Assembly: GCA_964402795.1 (NCBI GenBank)
Contig: CAYODX010000013.1
Coordinates: forward strand, 2,535-66,534
Direction of reading: 5' to 3'
From: an uncultured Terricaulis sp.
GTDB taxonomy: Bacteria > Pseudomonadota > Alphaproteobacteria > Caulobacterales > Aquidulcibacteraceae
DNA length: 64,000 nucleotides
Both the position numbers and the translations under genes were made by a program. Positions 1 through 9,153 of the stretch are shown piece by piece (within the stretch, counting starts at the first letter, position 1; the number at the start of each line of letters is the position of its first letter). The notes beneath the pieces are model-generated. The model was not told the origin of the DNA. It worked only from the letters and a program-made list of their open reading frames with translations, and made no database searches.

Positions 1-112
1 CTTGTTCCAAAAATACCGTACGAGCTGCCGTGAGGAAAGCCTGCCGTCGCGCTGTGCCGCGATCGACCGCACGGGGCTCCGACTCCCCTTTGGGGCGTAC
101 CTCCGCGCTCAT
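1..112 (-). CDS. TetR/AcrR family transcriptional regulator, N-terminus only (runs off window start)
   Basis: Hand translation from ATG at 112: MSAEVRPKGESEPRAVDRGTARRQAFLTAARTVFLEQ, typical TetR helix 1; divergent from emrAB-type efflux genes. Confidence 0.8.
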   Translation of the reverse strand, partial: MSAEVRPKGESEPRAVDRGTARRQAFLTAARTVFLEQ

Positions 113-186
113 TTTGCCCTCCCTGAGCAATTTTTCACGATAACGCCACGAAACAATCGTGCAAGGGGCCGTTGAAGCGTCAGTAA

Positions 187-200
187 CGATGGCTACATCG
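187..200. promoter_or_regulatory. Palindrome, candidate TetR operator
   Basis: CGATG-GCTA-CATCG between divergent TetR gene and efflux operon. Confidence 0.35.
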
Positions 201-240
201 GATCGATTTATCATGGCGATGGTTAGAGGCGCTTGCATCA

Positions 241-1212
241 ATGCCGGATGACGCCGGTTTTCGGCTCGAAGCGAAACGCGCGGGCGCTAAGGTCCGGGAC
301 ATGGCGCGCGCGTTTGGCGGACGGCGCCTGGTGCTGGTCGGCGCCGGGCTAGTCGTGATCCTCATCGCCGTGGCGAGCTTTAACTGGTTCGTCGACGGGC
401 GCTATCGCGTGAGCACCGAAAACGCGTATGTGCGCGCCGACATCTCGCTCATCTCAGCAAAGATCGAAGGCTATGTGCGCGCCGTTCCAGCGGCGGAGAA
501 CCAGCACGTCAATGCGGGCGACGTTCTGGTCGAGATCGAGCGCGCTGATTACGAAGCGCGCGTCGCCGCTGCACGCGCGGCGCTGGCGCAAGCGCAAGGC
601 GCGCGCGCAGCGCAGCAGGCCGATAGCGCCTGGGCGCAAGCGGAAGTGCGCCGCTATCAGCCGCTTGCCAATCGCGGCCTGCTCTCACCGGCGCGCATGC
701 AGCAATTGCAGATTCAGTCCCGCCAAGCTGGCGGCGGTCTGGCCGCTGCGGATGCCGCCGTGCAGGCTGCGCGCGCTGCACTGGAAGCGGCCGAACTCGA
801 CCTCGAGCGCACGACCATCCGTGCGCCGATCGCCGGCGTGGTCGGCGACCGGCAAGTGCAGGTCGGTCAGCTGGTGCGGCCTGGCACGCCGCTCATGTCG
901 GTGGTGCCGCTGCAAGCCGTGTACGTCGTCGCCAATTTCAAAGAGACGCAGATCGAGCGCTTTCAGCCGGGGCAGGCCGTGACGGTGCGACCCGACATCG
1001 CACACGACTTGCGTCTGCGCGGCACTGTGGAGTCGCTGGCGCCAGCGTCGGGCTCGGAGTTTTCGATCATCCCGACGGACACCGCGACCGGCAATTTCAC
1101 CAAGATCGTGCAGCGCGTGCCGGTGCGTATCCGCCTGGCCCCAGGGCAGCAGGGGCTAGAACTGCTGCGTCCGGGGCTCTCGGCCACGGTTACGGTGGAC
1201 ACCCGTCCATGA
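241..1212 (+). CDS. emrA: HlyD/EmrA family efflux membrane-fusion protein
   Basis: N-terminal TM helix, STENAYV, VVANFKETQ, ATGNFTKIVQRVPVRI motifs; true start may be 301. Confidence 0.92.
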   Translation: MPDDAGFRLEAKRAGAKVRDMARAFGGRRLVLVGAGLVVILIAVASFNWFVDGRYRVSTENAYVRADISLISAKIEGYVRAVPAAENQHVNAGDVLVEIERADYEARVAAARAALAQAQGARAAQQADSAWAQAEVRRYQPLANRGLLSPARMQQLQIQSRQAGGGLAAADAAVQAARAALEAAELDLERTTIRAPIAGVVGDRQVQVGQLVRPGTPLMSVVPLQAVYVVANFKETQIERFQPGQAVTVRPDIAHDLRLRGTVESLAPASGSEFSIIPTDTATGNFTKIVQRVPVRIRLAPGQQGLELLRPGLSATVTVDTRP

Positions 1213-2807
1213 GCATGGCCGCGCCGGCGGCAAAACCCGATGATGCGCCGCCGCTGCATATTTGGATCGGCTTCATCGCCATGGTGTTCGGCCAGTTCAT
1301 GGCCATTCTCGACATACAAATCGTGGCCAGCGCCATCGGCTCGATCCAGGCCGGCGTCAGCGCCAGCCGCGATGAAATCTCCTGGGTGCAGACCGCCTAT
1401 CTCATCGCGGAGGTGATCGGCATTCCTCTGTCCGGTTTCCTTGGCCGCGCGCTGGGCACGCGACTGTTGTACTGCCTTTCGGCGATCGGCTTTTCGCTAT
1501 CGAGTCTTCTGTGCGCATTCTCCTGGGATATCTCGTCGCTGATCGTGTTCCGCGCGCTTCAAGGGTTCACCGGGGCGGCGATGATCCCGACGGTGATGGC
1601 GACGCTCTATCTCGCCTTTCCGCAGCGTCTGCAGCCGATGACCGGCGCCATAATGGGAATGGTGATAACGCTCGCTCCGTCGCTGGGGCCCACCATCGGC
1701 GGTTATGTCGCCGAGATGATGGGCTGGCGCGCGCTCTTCTGGATCAACGTCGTACCTGGCATCCTGATCACCATCGTCATCTGGAACACGATGGCGGCGC
1801 TCGATAAGCCGCAATTCAATCTTCTGAGGCGCGTCGACATCATCGGCCTTATCGGTCTTGCGATGTTCTTGGGCGCGGCCGAGTACACGCTCGAAGAGGG
1901 GCCGTCGAACGAATGGTTTGCCTCGAGCGAGGTGACAATCTGGGCGCTGGTGTCCGTGGCGGGGGCCGTGCTTTTTTTCTACCGCGCTTTCCGAGCCGAA
2001 ACGCCGATCGTGGATTTGCGGCCGTTCCGGACGCCGACGTTCGCAATCGGCGCGGGTCTTGGCTTTGTTCTCGGCTTAGGGCTGTTCAGTTCAGTCTTCC
2101 TGACGCCGCTCTTTCTGGGCTCAGTGCGCGGGTACAGCGCGCTGCAGATCGGACATACGATGTTCGTCCAAGGCGCGGTTATGTTTTTGACTGCGCCGCT
2201 GATTGGCCGCGCGGCGCGCACGATGCCCGACACGCGCTTACTCGGCTTCGCCGGCTTTATGCTCGTCGGACTCAGCTGCTGGATGCAGGCGCATCTCACG
2301 GCCGAAGCGGGTTTTTACGAATTGATGTGGCCGCAGGTCGTTCGCGCGCTGGGGCTGATGTCGACATTCTCTTCGGTGATGCAGCCCGCGCTGCAATCAT
2401 TGCCGCCGCCCTTGGTGCATGCCGGGGCAGGTCTCTTCAACACGATGCGCAATCTTGGCGGCGCGTTCGGCATCGCCGCATTGGCGACGGTGCAGACCCA
2501 TTCTTTCGCGCTGCACCGTCAGGAATTGTATGCCGCCGCCGATCCGAACAATCCGCACGTCGCCGGCATGATAGCCGGAGCGCAGGCGTATCTGCAGCAA
2601 AACGGCGCTGAAGATCCCGCTCGCCAGGCGCTGATGATGTATGCGCAAATCTTGGACCGTGAGGCGCTGGTGATGACCTTCAACGATCAGTTTCTTTGGC
2701 TGGCGGTGATTACGATGCTGTCCTCATTCGCAATGGTGCTGCTGAAGCCGCGCCCGCGCATGGGCGCCACAGCGCCAACGGGTGGCGAACAAGTGATGGC
2801 GCACTGA
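1209..2807 (+). CDS. emrB: DHA2 family MFS efflux permease (EmrB/QacA)
   Basis: FMAILDIQIV, WVQTAYLIAE, FRALQGF motifs; ATGA overlap with emrA. Confidence 0.92.
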   Translation: MSMAAPAAKPDDAPPLHIWIGFIAMVFGQFMAILDIQIVASAIGSIQAGVSASRDEISWVQTAYLIAEVIGIPLSGFLGRALGTRLLYCLSAIGFSLSSLLCAFSWDISSLIVFRALQGFTGAAMIPTVMATLYLAFPQRLQPMTGAIMGMVITLAPSLGPTIGGYVAEMMGWRALFWINVVPGILITIVIWNTMAALDKPQFNLLRRVDIIGLIGLAMFLGAAEYTLEEGPSNEWFASSEVTIWALVSVAGAVLFFYRAFRAETPIVDLRPFRTPTFAIGAGLGFVLGLGLFSSVFLTPLFLGSVRGYSALQIGHTMFVQGAVMFLTAPLIGRAARTMPDTRLLGFAGFMLVGLSCWMQAHLTAEAGFYELMWPQVVRALGLMSTFSSVMQPALQSLPPPLVHAGAGLFNTMRNLGGAFGIAALATVQTHSFALHRQELYAAADPNNPHVAGMIAGAQAYLQQNGAEDPARQALMMYAQILDREALVMTFNDQFLWLAVITMLSSFAMVLLKPRPRMGATAPTGGEQVMAH

Positions 2808-2822
2808 CGCTGTAGTGCGAGA

Positions 2823-3311
2823 TCAGGCCGTCAGCGCATCCTTGATGGCGCCGAGCACTTCCGGTCCCAACGGCGCGGCCTTGGACGGAAAGGCGCCGAC
2901 CAACTCCCCGTTCTTGCCAATCAAGTACTTGTGAAAATTCCAACGCGGCAGCGCGCCCTCGCCGAGTTCCTGGGCCACCCAGGCGTAAAATGGATGCCGC
3001 TTGGCTGGGGCGCTGATCTCCACCTTGGTCGTCATCGGAAAGGTGACGTGATAGGAGTTGTCGCAGAACTCGCGAATTTCCCGCTCGCTGCCGGTCTCCT
3101 GATGACCGAAATCGTTGCAGGGCACGCCTACGATCACGAGCCCCTTGTCCGCCTTGGCCTCGTAAAGCGCCTCAAGGTCGCGATACTGCGACGTGAAACC
3201 GCAGGCGGAAGCGACATTGACCACCAGCACGGCTTTGCCTGCATAATCCTGCAGGTTGACCTCGCCCGGTTCATTGAGCTTGGCGAACGAGAAATCGTGG
3301 GCGGTTGTCAT
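2823..3311 (-). CDS. Glutathione peroxidase family protein
   Basis: VNVASACGFTSQY, GVPCNDFGHQE, PRWNFHKYLI; start moved to ATG 3311. Confidence 0.93.
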   Translation of the reverse strand: MTTAHDFSFAKLNEPGEVNLQDYAGKAVLVVNVASACGFTSQYRDLEALYEAKADKGLVIVGVPCNDFGHQETGSEREIREFCDNSYHVTFPMTTKVEISAPAKRHPFYAWVAQELGEGALPRWNFHKYLIGKNGELVGAFPSKAAPLGPEVLGAIKDALTA

Positions 3312-3416
3312 CTGTTGCGGCAGTGTTCCTGATCGAAGGCGGCGCATTTAGACCTCTTGCAGCCGCCGAGCAATGCATGTGGCGCGCCGGCAAGGCGGAT
3401 GTTACAGAGCCAACGC

Positions 3417-3461
3417 ATGTCCGACCCGCTGCGTTTCCTGATAGCCGCGCCTCGAATTTGA
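3417..3461 (+). CDS. Putative leader peptide upstream of ileS (MSDPLRFLIAAPRI)
   Basis: 14-codon ORF with ATA and ATT Ile codons, followed directly by a GC hairpin (3462-3515). Confidence 0.4.
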   Translation: MSDPLRFLIAAPRI

Positions 3462-3549
3462 GGCCCGGCCCGCGTTGAGCCGCAAATAAATTGGCTGCTC
3501 CGCGGGACCGGGACCGCTATTCCCATTCGCCTCACCGGAGAGAAGACCA

Positions 3550-6519
3550 ATGGCCGACGCGCCTGCTGGTCGCGATTACCGCGAAACCGTTTTTCTGCCC
3601 GACCTGCCGGGCGATCCGTTCCCGCTGCGCGCTGGGCTGCCGAAAAAGGAGCCCGAGCGCCTTCAATATTGGGCTGAGATTGGTCTTTACCATCTGTTGC
3701 GGCAGGAAGCGGCGAGCCGGCCGAAGGTCGTTTTCCATGACGGCCCGCCCTATGCGAACGGGCCGATCCATATCGGCCATGCCGAAAACAAGATCCTGAA
3801 GGATTTCGTCGTGCGCTCAAAGCAGATGAGCGGCTTCGATTGCGATTATGTGCCGGGCTGGGACTGTCACGGTCTGCCGATCGAGTGGAAGGTCGAAGAA
3901 GATTTTCGCAAGCAGGGCCGGAAGAAGAGCGAGGTGCCGGCGGTCGAGTTTCGCCGCGCCTGCCGTGAATATGCGGACCGATGGATTCCGCTGCAGCGAG
4001 AAGAGTTTCGCCGCCTCGGCATCGAGGCCGACTGGGATCATTACTACACGACCATGAGCTTCGAAGCCGAAGCCGCGATCGCGCGCGAATTCCTGCGCGT
4101 GGTGCGGACCGGGCTGGTGTATCGCGGCAGCAAGCCGGTGATGTGGAGCCCGGTCGAGCGCACCTCGCTGGCGGAAGCTGAAGTGGAGTACGCTGAAAAG
4201 ACAAGCCCGACGATTTGGGTGAAGTTTCGACTCGCCGGTGTTTCGCGTCCGCCCTCGGTTAATCCCGTCGAAAACAATCCGTGGATCGGCGACACCTATG
4301 TAGTCATCTGGACGACCACGCCTTGGACGATTCCAGGAAACCGCGCGATCTCATTTTCCCCGGCGATCAACTACGGAATCTACGAAGTAGAATCCGTGGA
4401 AGAGGGGCTAGCCTTTGAACCTTGGGTGAAGGCTGGCGACAAGCTCGCGCTTGCCGACAAGCTCGCCGAGGAAGTTCTTCGCGCGGCTAAGGCTGCTTCG
4501 TGGAAACGGTTGGCCGATTTCAATCCGCTCGGATATCGCTGTAATCATCCATTCCATGGCCGGGGCTACGACTTTGCAGTGCCGCTGCTTGCGGGCGAAC
4601 ACGTCACCGACGATGCGGGCACGGGCTTTGTGCATACCGCGCCCGGTCACGGTCAGGACGATTTCGAAATCTGGACGAAGCATTTCGGCCAGGAAGGCAT
4701 TCCCTTCACCGTCGATGAGGAGGGCCGCTTCACGAAGGAAGCGCCGGGGTTCGAGGGACTCGAAATCCTGCAGCTGGAAGGCAAACACATCGGCAAGGAC
4801 GGGCCGGCCAACAAGGCGGTGATGGATGCGCTCGTCGACGCCGGCGCGTTGCTCGCGCGCGGCCAGTTGAAGCACCAATATCCGCACTCCTGGCGCTCCA
4901 AGGCGCCGCTCATTTTTCGCAATACGCCGCAATGGTTCATCGCGCTCGACAAGCCGTACCGCGATGGAAAGAGCCTGCGCCAAATCGCGCTCGATGAAAT
5001 CGATCGCGTCGACTGGGGCCAGAAGCGCACCGGCGAGACCAAGGACTACAATCGCATCCGCGGCATGATCGAGGATCGGCCAGATTGGCTGGTCTCGCGC
5101 CAGCGTGCCTGGGGCGTGCCGCTCCCCATTTTCGTGCGCAAGAGCGATGGCTCGATCTTGCAGGATGACGAGGTCGATGCGCGCATCATCGCGGCGATGC
5201 AAAAGGGCGGTGCTGACGTATGGTGGGCGACGCCCGCGCGGGATTTTCTGGGACCGAAGCACGCGAGCGATGATTTCGAGAAGGTCGAAGACATCTTGGA
5301 TGTCTGGTTTGATTCAGGCTCGACGCATGCGTTCGTGATCGGCAATCCGGACGCGCCGACGCGGGACTCGTTCAAGAACCCGATGTCGACCATCTATCTT
5401 GAGGGCTCCGACCAGCACCGTGGCTGGTTTCATTCGTCGCTGCTCGAAAGCTGCGCTACGCGGGGGCGGGCGCCGTACGACGAAGTCGTCACCCATGGCT
5501 TCACGATGGACGAGGAGGGCAAGAAGATGTCCAAGTCCATCGGCAACGTGATCGAGCCGCAGAGGATCGCTCAGCAGAACGGCATCGAGATCCTGCGGCT
5601 GCTGATTGCGGCGGCCGAGTACGGCGACGACCTTCGCCTCGGCAAGACCATCATCGACCAATCGAGCGAGATGTACCGCAAGCTGCGCAACACGCTGCGT
5701 TATTGCCTCGGCGCGCTGAAGGGGTTCGAAGAGGGCGAGCGCGTACCGCTCGACCACGAGCTGCCTTTGCTCGAGCGCTGGCTGCTGCATCGGCTGTGGC
5801 AAGTCGATCGCGCGGTGCGCGCAGGCTATGACACCTACCAGTTCCGCCTTGCGCTTTCCGCCATCGTCGAGTTCTGCAACGTCGATCTTTCCGCCTTCTA
5901 CGTCGACGTGCGCAAGGACGCGCTCTATTGCGACCCGCCAACCAGCATGCGCCGCCGGGCCAGCCGCACGGCGCTGGCGGAAGTCTTCTCACGGCTTGCC
6001 GCGTGGCTCGCGCCGATCTTGCCGTTCACGGCTGAAGAAGCCTGGCTCACCCGATTTCCAAGCGCAAAATCGGTGCATCTGCGCACGTTTCCAGAGACGC
6101 CCGCGAACTGGGAGGACGATTTTGCCGGCGAGGAAATGGCCAAGCTGCGCGAGGCGCGCTCGGTCGTCACGGGCGCGTTGGAAGTGGCGCGGCGCGAGAA
6201 AGTCATCGGCGCCGCCCTCGAAGCGCGCCCACGCATCTTCGTGACGGACGATGATTTGCGCGCCTCGCTGCAAGCGGTCGATTTCGCCGAACTCTGCATC
6301 ACCAGCGGCGTGACCATCGAGACGGGTGAGGGTCCATCAGGTGCGTTTCGCCTGCCAGACGTGGCCGGCGTCGCGGTCGTGGTGGAGAAGGCTGCGGGCG
6401 TAAAGTGTGCGCGGTCGTGGAAATATTTTGATCCGTCGACAGCCGATCCGCGTTACCCCGACATCACGCCGCGTGACGCTGAGGCCGTCGCCCTTTGGGA
6501 CGCCGCGCATGCAAGATAG
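3550..6519 (+). CDS. ileS: Isoleucine--tRNA ligase
   Basis: HDGPPYANG..HIGH, GWDCHGLPIE, WTTTPWT, EGSDQHRGWF, KMSKS. Confidence 0.98.
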   Translation: MADAPAGRDYRETVFLPDLPGDPFPLRAGLPKKEPERLQYWAEIGLYHLLRQEAASRPKVVFHDGPPYANGPIHIGHAENKILKDFVVRSKQMSGFDCDYVPGWDCHGLPIEWKVEEDFRKQGRKKSEVPAVEFRRACREYADRWIPLQREEFRRLGIEADWDHYYTTMSFEAEAAIAREFLRVVRTGLVYRGSKPVMWSPVERTSLAEAEVEYAEKTSPTIWVKFRLAGVSRPPSVNPVENNPWIGDTYVVIWTTTPWTIPGNRAISFSPAINYGIYEVESVEEGLAFEPWVKAGDKLALADKLAEEVLRAAKAASWKRLADFNPLGYRCNHPFHGRGYDFAVPLLAGEHVTDDAGTGFVHTAPGHGQDDFEIWTKHFGQEGIPFTVDEEGRFTKEAPGFEGLEILQLEGKHIGKDGPANKAVMDALVDAGALLARGQLKHQYPHSWRSKAPLIFRNTPQWFIALDKPYRDGKSLRQIALDEIDRVDWGQKRTGETKDYNRIRGMIEDRPDWLVSRQRAWGVPLPIFVRKSDGSILQDDEVDARIIAAMQKGGADVWWATPARDFLGPKHASDDFEKVEDILDVWFDSGSTHAFVIGNPDAPTRDSFKNPMSTIYLEGSDQHRGWFHSSLLESCATRGRAPYDEVVTHGFTMDEEGKKMSKSIGNVIEPQRIAQQNGIEILRLLIAAAEYGDDLRLGKTIIDQSSEMYRKLRNTLRYCLGALKGFEEGERVPLDHELPLLERWLLHRLWQVDRAVRAGYDTYQFRLALSAIVEFCNVDLSAFYVDVRKDALYCDPPTSMRRRASRTALAEVFSRLAAWLAPILPFTAEEAWLTRFPSAKSVHLRTFPETPANWEDDFAGEEMAKLREARSVVTGALEVARREKVIGAALEARPRIFVTDDDLRASLQAVDFAELCITSGVTIETGEGPSGAFRLPDVAGVAVVVEKAAGVKCARSWKYFDPSTADPRYPDITPRDAEAVALWDAAHAR

Positions 6520-7117
6520 ATCGGAGCTTGCCTTGAAGGGCGTCTCTGCGCCGTCCATAAGCCCGCTGATGCTGCGCCTGGGGCTGTCTATTTCCGCCGT
6601 GATCTTCGTGGTCGACCAGATCACGAAATGGCTTGTATTGGGGCCGGGGCAATTCAGTCCCCCTGGCTGCCGCGAGGCCGGTTACAATTGCCGCTTCATC
6701 GAACTCTCGCCGATTTTCGATCTTCAGATGGTCTGGAACCGCGGCATCAGCTTCGGGCTGTTGCGGGCGGACAGCGAGATCGGGCGATGGGGCCTGGTGG
6801 CGGTGATGCTGATCATCGCCGGCGTGTTCGGATCCTGGCTGCGCACAGCCGAGCGCAGGCTGACCGCGGTGGCGCTGGGACTTGTTGTGGGCGGGGCGTT
6901 GGGCAACGCGCTTGACCGTATTCGTTTCGGCGCCGTGGTGGATTTTCTCGACTTCAACGGCCTGTGGTTCCCCTGGGTGTTCAACGTGGCCGACGCCGCC
7001 ATCACCGTCGGCGCCATCTTATTGGCGTTTGACATGCTGTTTCTGGGGGAGAGCGAGCCCGGCAAGGGCGCCGCCTGGAGCCAGCTCAAGGCGTGGATGA
7101 AGAGCCGCCGCAGCTGA
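6509..7117 (+). CDS. lspA: Lipoprotein signal peptidase II
   Basis: DQITK, WNRGISFG, GALGNALDR, VVDF, FNVAD; follows ileS; start uncertain. Confidence 0.95.
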   Translation: MQDRSELALKGVSAPSISPLMLRLGLSISAVIFVVDQITKWLVLGPGQFSPPGCREAGYNCRFIELSPIFDLQMVWNRGISFGLLRADSEIGRWGLVAVMLIIAGVFGSWLRTAERRLTAVALGLVVGGALGNALDRIRFGAVVDFLDFNGLWFPWVFNVADAAITVGAILLAFDMLFLGESEPGKGAAWSQLKAWMKSRRS

Positions 7118-7259
7118 CCGGTCCCGCGGGTCGCTTGGGGCGGTTCGCCCCATAACGGACAAACTGAGAGCGGATGCGTCGCTTCTGCTGTCCGGCTTGG
7201 CTTGGACGGCGCGGCTCGGCTAGAACCCGGTCCAGAGATTTGAGGGAGGCGGACGTCCG

Positions 7260-7799
7260 ATGTCCAAACCGATAGCACTGGTGGCGGTCCTGGCCGCGGC
7301 GACCGCGGCGAGCGGCTGCGCGAGCTTGTCGCGCGCCGTGGGGGCCACCAAGACGGCGCCGGACGAATTCCGTGTGGTGACGCAAGCGCCTTTGACGCTG
7401 CCGCCGGATTACAATCTGCGCCCCCCGCGTCCGGGTGAACCGCGACCGCAGGAATTGCAGCCCGCCGACGAAGCCCGCACAGCGCTTTTCGGAGAAGACA
7501 TCGGTCAATCCGCCAGCGCCGGCGAACGTGCGTTCATCGCCAGCGCCGGCGCTGAAGCAGCCGACCCGGCAATTCGCGACACCGTCGACTTCGAATCGCA
7601 AGGCGTCGTGCATCGCAACGAGGGCTTTGTCGATCGCCTGCTGGCGTTCCGCGGCTCGAGCGAACAAGCTGCGGCCCCGCTCGATGCAGAGCAGGAGGCG
7701 GCGCGTCTGCAGGAAGAGGAAGCAACCCGCCGCGCCACCGGCGGCGGTCAAGTCGTGATCGAGCGTGATCGCGGCGGCTTCAAATTGCCGGGCACCTGA
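7260..7799 (+). CDS. DUF3035-type lipoprotein
   Basis: Lipobox-like ASGC; APDEFRVVTQAPLTLPPDYNLRPPRPG motif; usual position after lspA. Confidence 0.8.
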   Translation: MSKPIALVAVLAAATAASGCASLSRAVGATKTAPDEFRVVTQAPLTLPPDYNLRPPRPGEPRPQELQPADEARTALFGEDIGQSASAGERAFIASAGAEAADPAIRDTVDFESQGVVHRNEGFVDRLLAFRGSSEQAAAPLDAEQEAARLQEEEATRRATGGGQVVIERDRGGFKLPGT

Positions 7800-7806
7800 T
7801 CTGCCT

Positions 7807-9153
7807 ATGGCTCGGCTGACGGCGCGTCTTTGCGCCGCCCTTACGCTGTTGTTCGCGTTTGCGGGGGCGTCGTACGCGCGCGAGCTGCCGCGGCCCGAGA
7901 CCTTCACCCTGAGCAATGGATTGCAGGTGGTGGTGATCACCGACCGGCGCGCGCCGGTGGTGACGCACATGATTTGGTACCGAGTGGGCGCCGCTGACGA
8001 ACCGCGCGGTCATTCCGGCATCGCCCACTTTTTCGAACATCTGATGTTCAAGGGGACGCGGCGGATCGCGCCCGGAGAGTTCTCGCGAACGGTGGCGCGC
8101 AATGGCGGCGACGACAACGCCTTCACCTCGTGGGACTACACCGCGTATTACGAGCGCATAGCGCGCGATCGTCTCGACCTGGTCATGCGCATGGAAGCGG
8201 ATCGCATGCGCAATCTGCGCTTCTCGGACGAGACGTTTGCCTCCGAACGGGACGTCATCGCCGAGGAGCGCCGCCAGCGCATCGACAACAATCCAGGCGC
8301 GGTTCTGGGTGAGCGGATGCGGGCGATGTTATGGCCGCATCATCCCTACGGCACGCCAGTGATCGGCTTTCTGCACGAGATCAACGCGCTCGACCGCGAG
8401 ACGGCGCTTCAATTTTATCGCACCTGGTACGCCCCGAACAATGCTATCCTGGTCATCGCGGGCGACATCGATGCAGCCGAGATGCGCCCGCTGGCGGAGC
8501 GCTATTATGGCGGCTTGCAGCCCACGCGCGATTTGCCTGCGCGCACTTGGGTGGAGGATCCGCCCAGCGTCGGACCGATGCGAGTGACGCATCGTGACGA
8601 GAAAGTGCGTCAGCCCTCGCTCTCGCGCCTTTATCGCGCGCTCAGCTACAGCACGGACAGCGGGCGCCAGGCGCATGCGCTCGACGTTGCTATCGAAGTG
8701 CTGGGCGGATCGGAAACCAGCCGGCTCTATCGCGCTCTGGTGGAAGAGCATCACATCGCGGTCGCCGCCGGCGCCAGCGCCAACACCTCGGGGCTCGGCG
8801 GCGGCAGCGTCTCGATATCGGCGACACCGGCCGAAGGCGTGTCGCTGGAGAGGCTCGAAACCGCCGTCGACGAGGTGATCGCGACGTTCCTGCGCGAGGG
8901 GCCGACAGATGCCGAATTGCAGCGAGCGAAGTCATCGCTGGCGGCCGCCGCCATCTATGCACGCGACAGCCAGGAGAGCCTTGCGAACATCTACGGTTCG
9001 TCTCTGGCGCAGGGCGAGAGCGTAGACGATGTCGTCGCTTGGCCCGACAACATCGAAGCCGTCACACGCGAGGAAGCCGTGCAGATGGCGCGGGCGACGC
9101 TGAATCTCGATCAATCAGTGACAGGCTGGCTGCTGCCGGAGCAGGGCCAGTGA
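7807..9153 (+). CDS. M16 (pitrilysin) zinc peptidase, catalytic subunit
   Basis: Signal peptide; HFFEHLMFKGT (HxxEH), NAFTSWDYTAY. Confidence 0.93.
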   Translation: MARLTARLCAALTLLFAFAGASYARELPRPETFTLSNGLQVVVITDRRAPVVTHMIWYRVGAADEPRGHSGIAHFFEHLMFKGTRRIAPGEFSRTVARNGGDDNAFTSWDYTAYYERIARDRLDLVMRMEADRMRNLRFSDETFASERDVIAEERRQRIDNNPGAVLGERMRAMLWPHHPYGTPVIGFLHEINALDRETALQFYRTWYAPNNAILVIAGDIDAAEMRPLAERYYGGLQPTRDLPARTWVEDPPSVGPMRVTHRDEKVRQPSLSRLYRALSYSTDSGRQAHALDVAIEVLGGSETSRLYRALVEEHHIAVAAGASANTSGLGGGSVSISATPAEGVSLERLETAVDEVIATFLREGPTDAELQRAKSSLAAAAIYARDSQESLANIYGSSLAQGESVDDVVAWPDNIEAVTREEAVQMARATLNLDQSVTGWLLPEQGQ

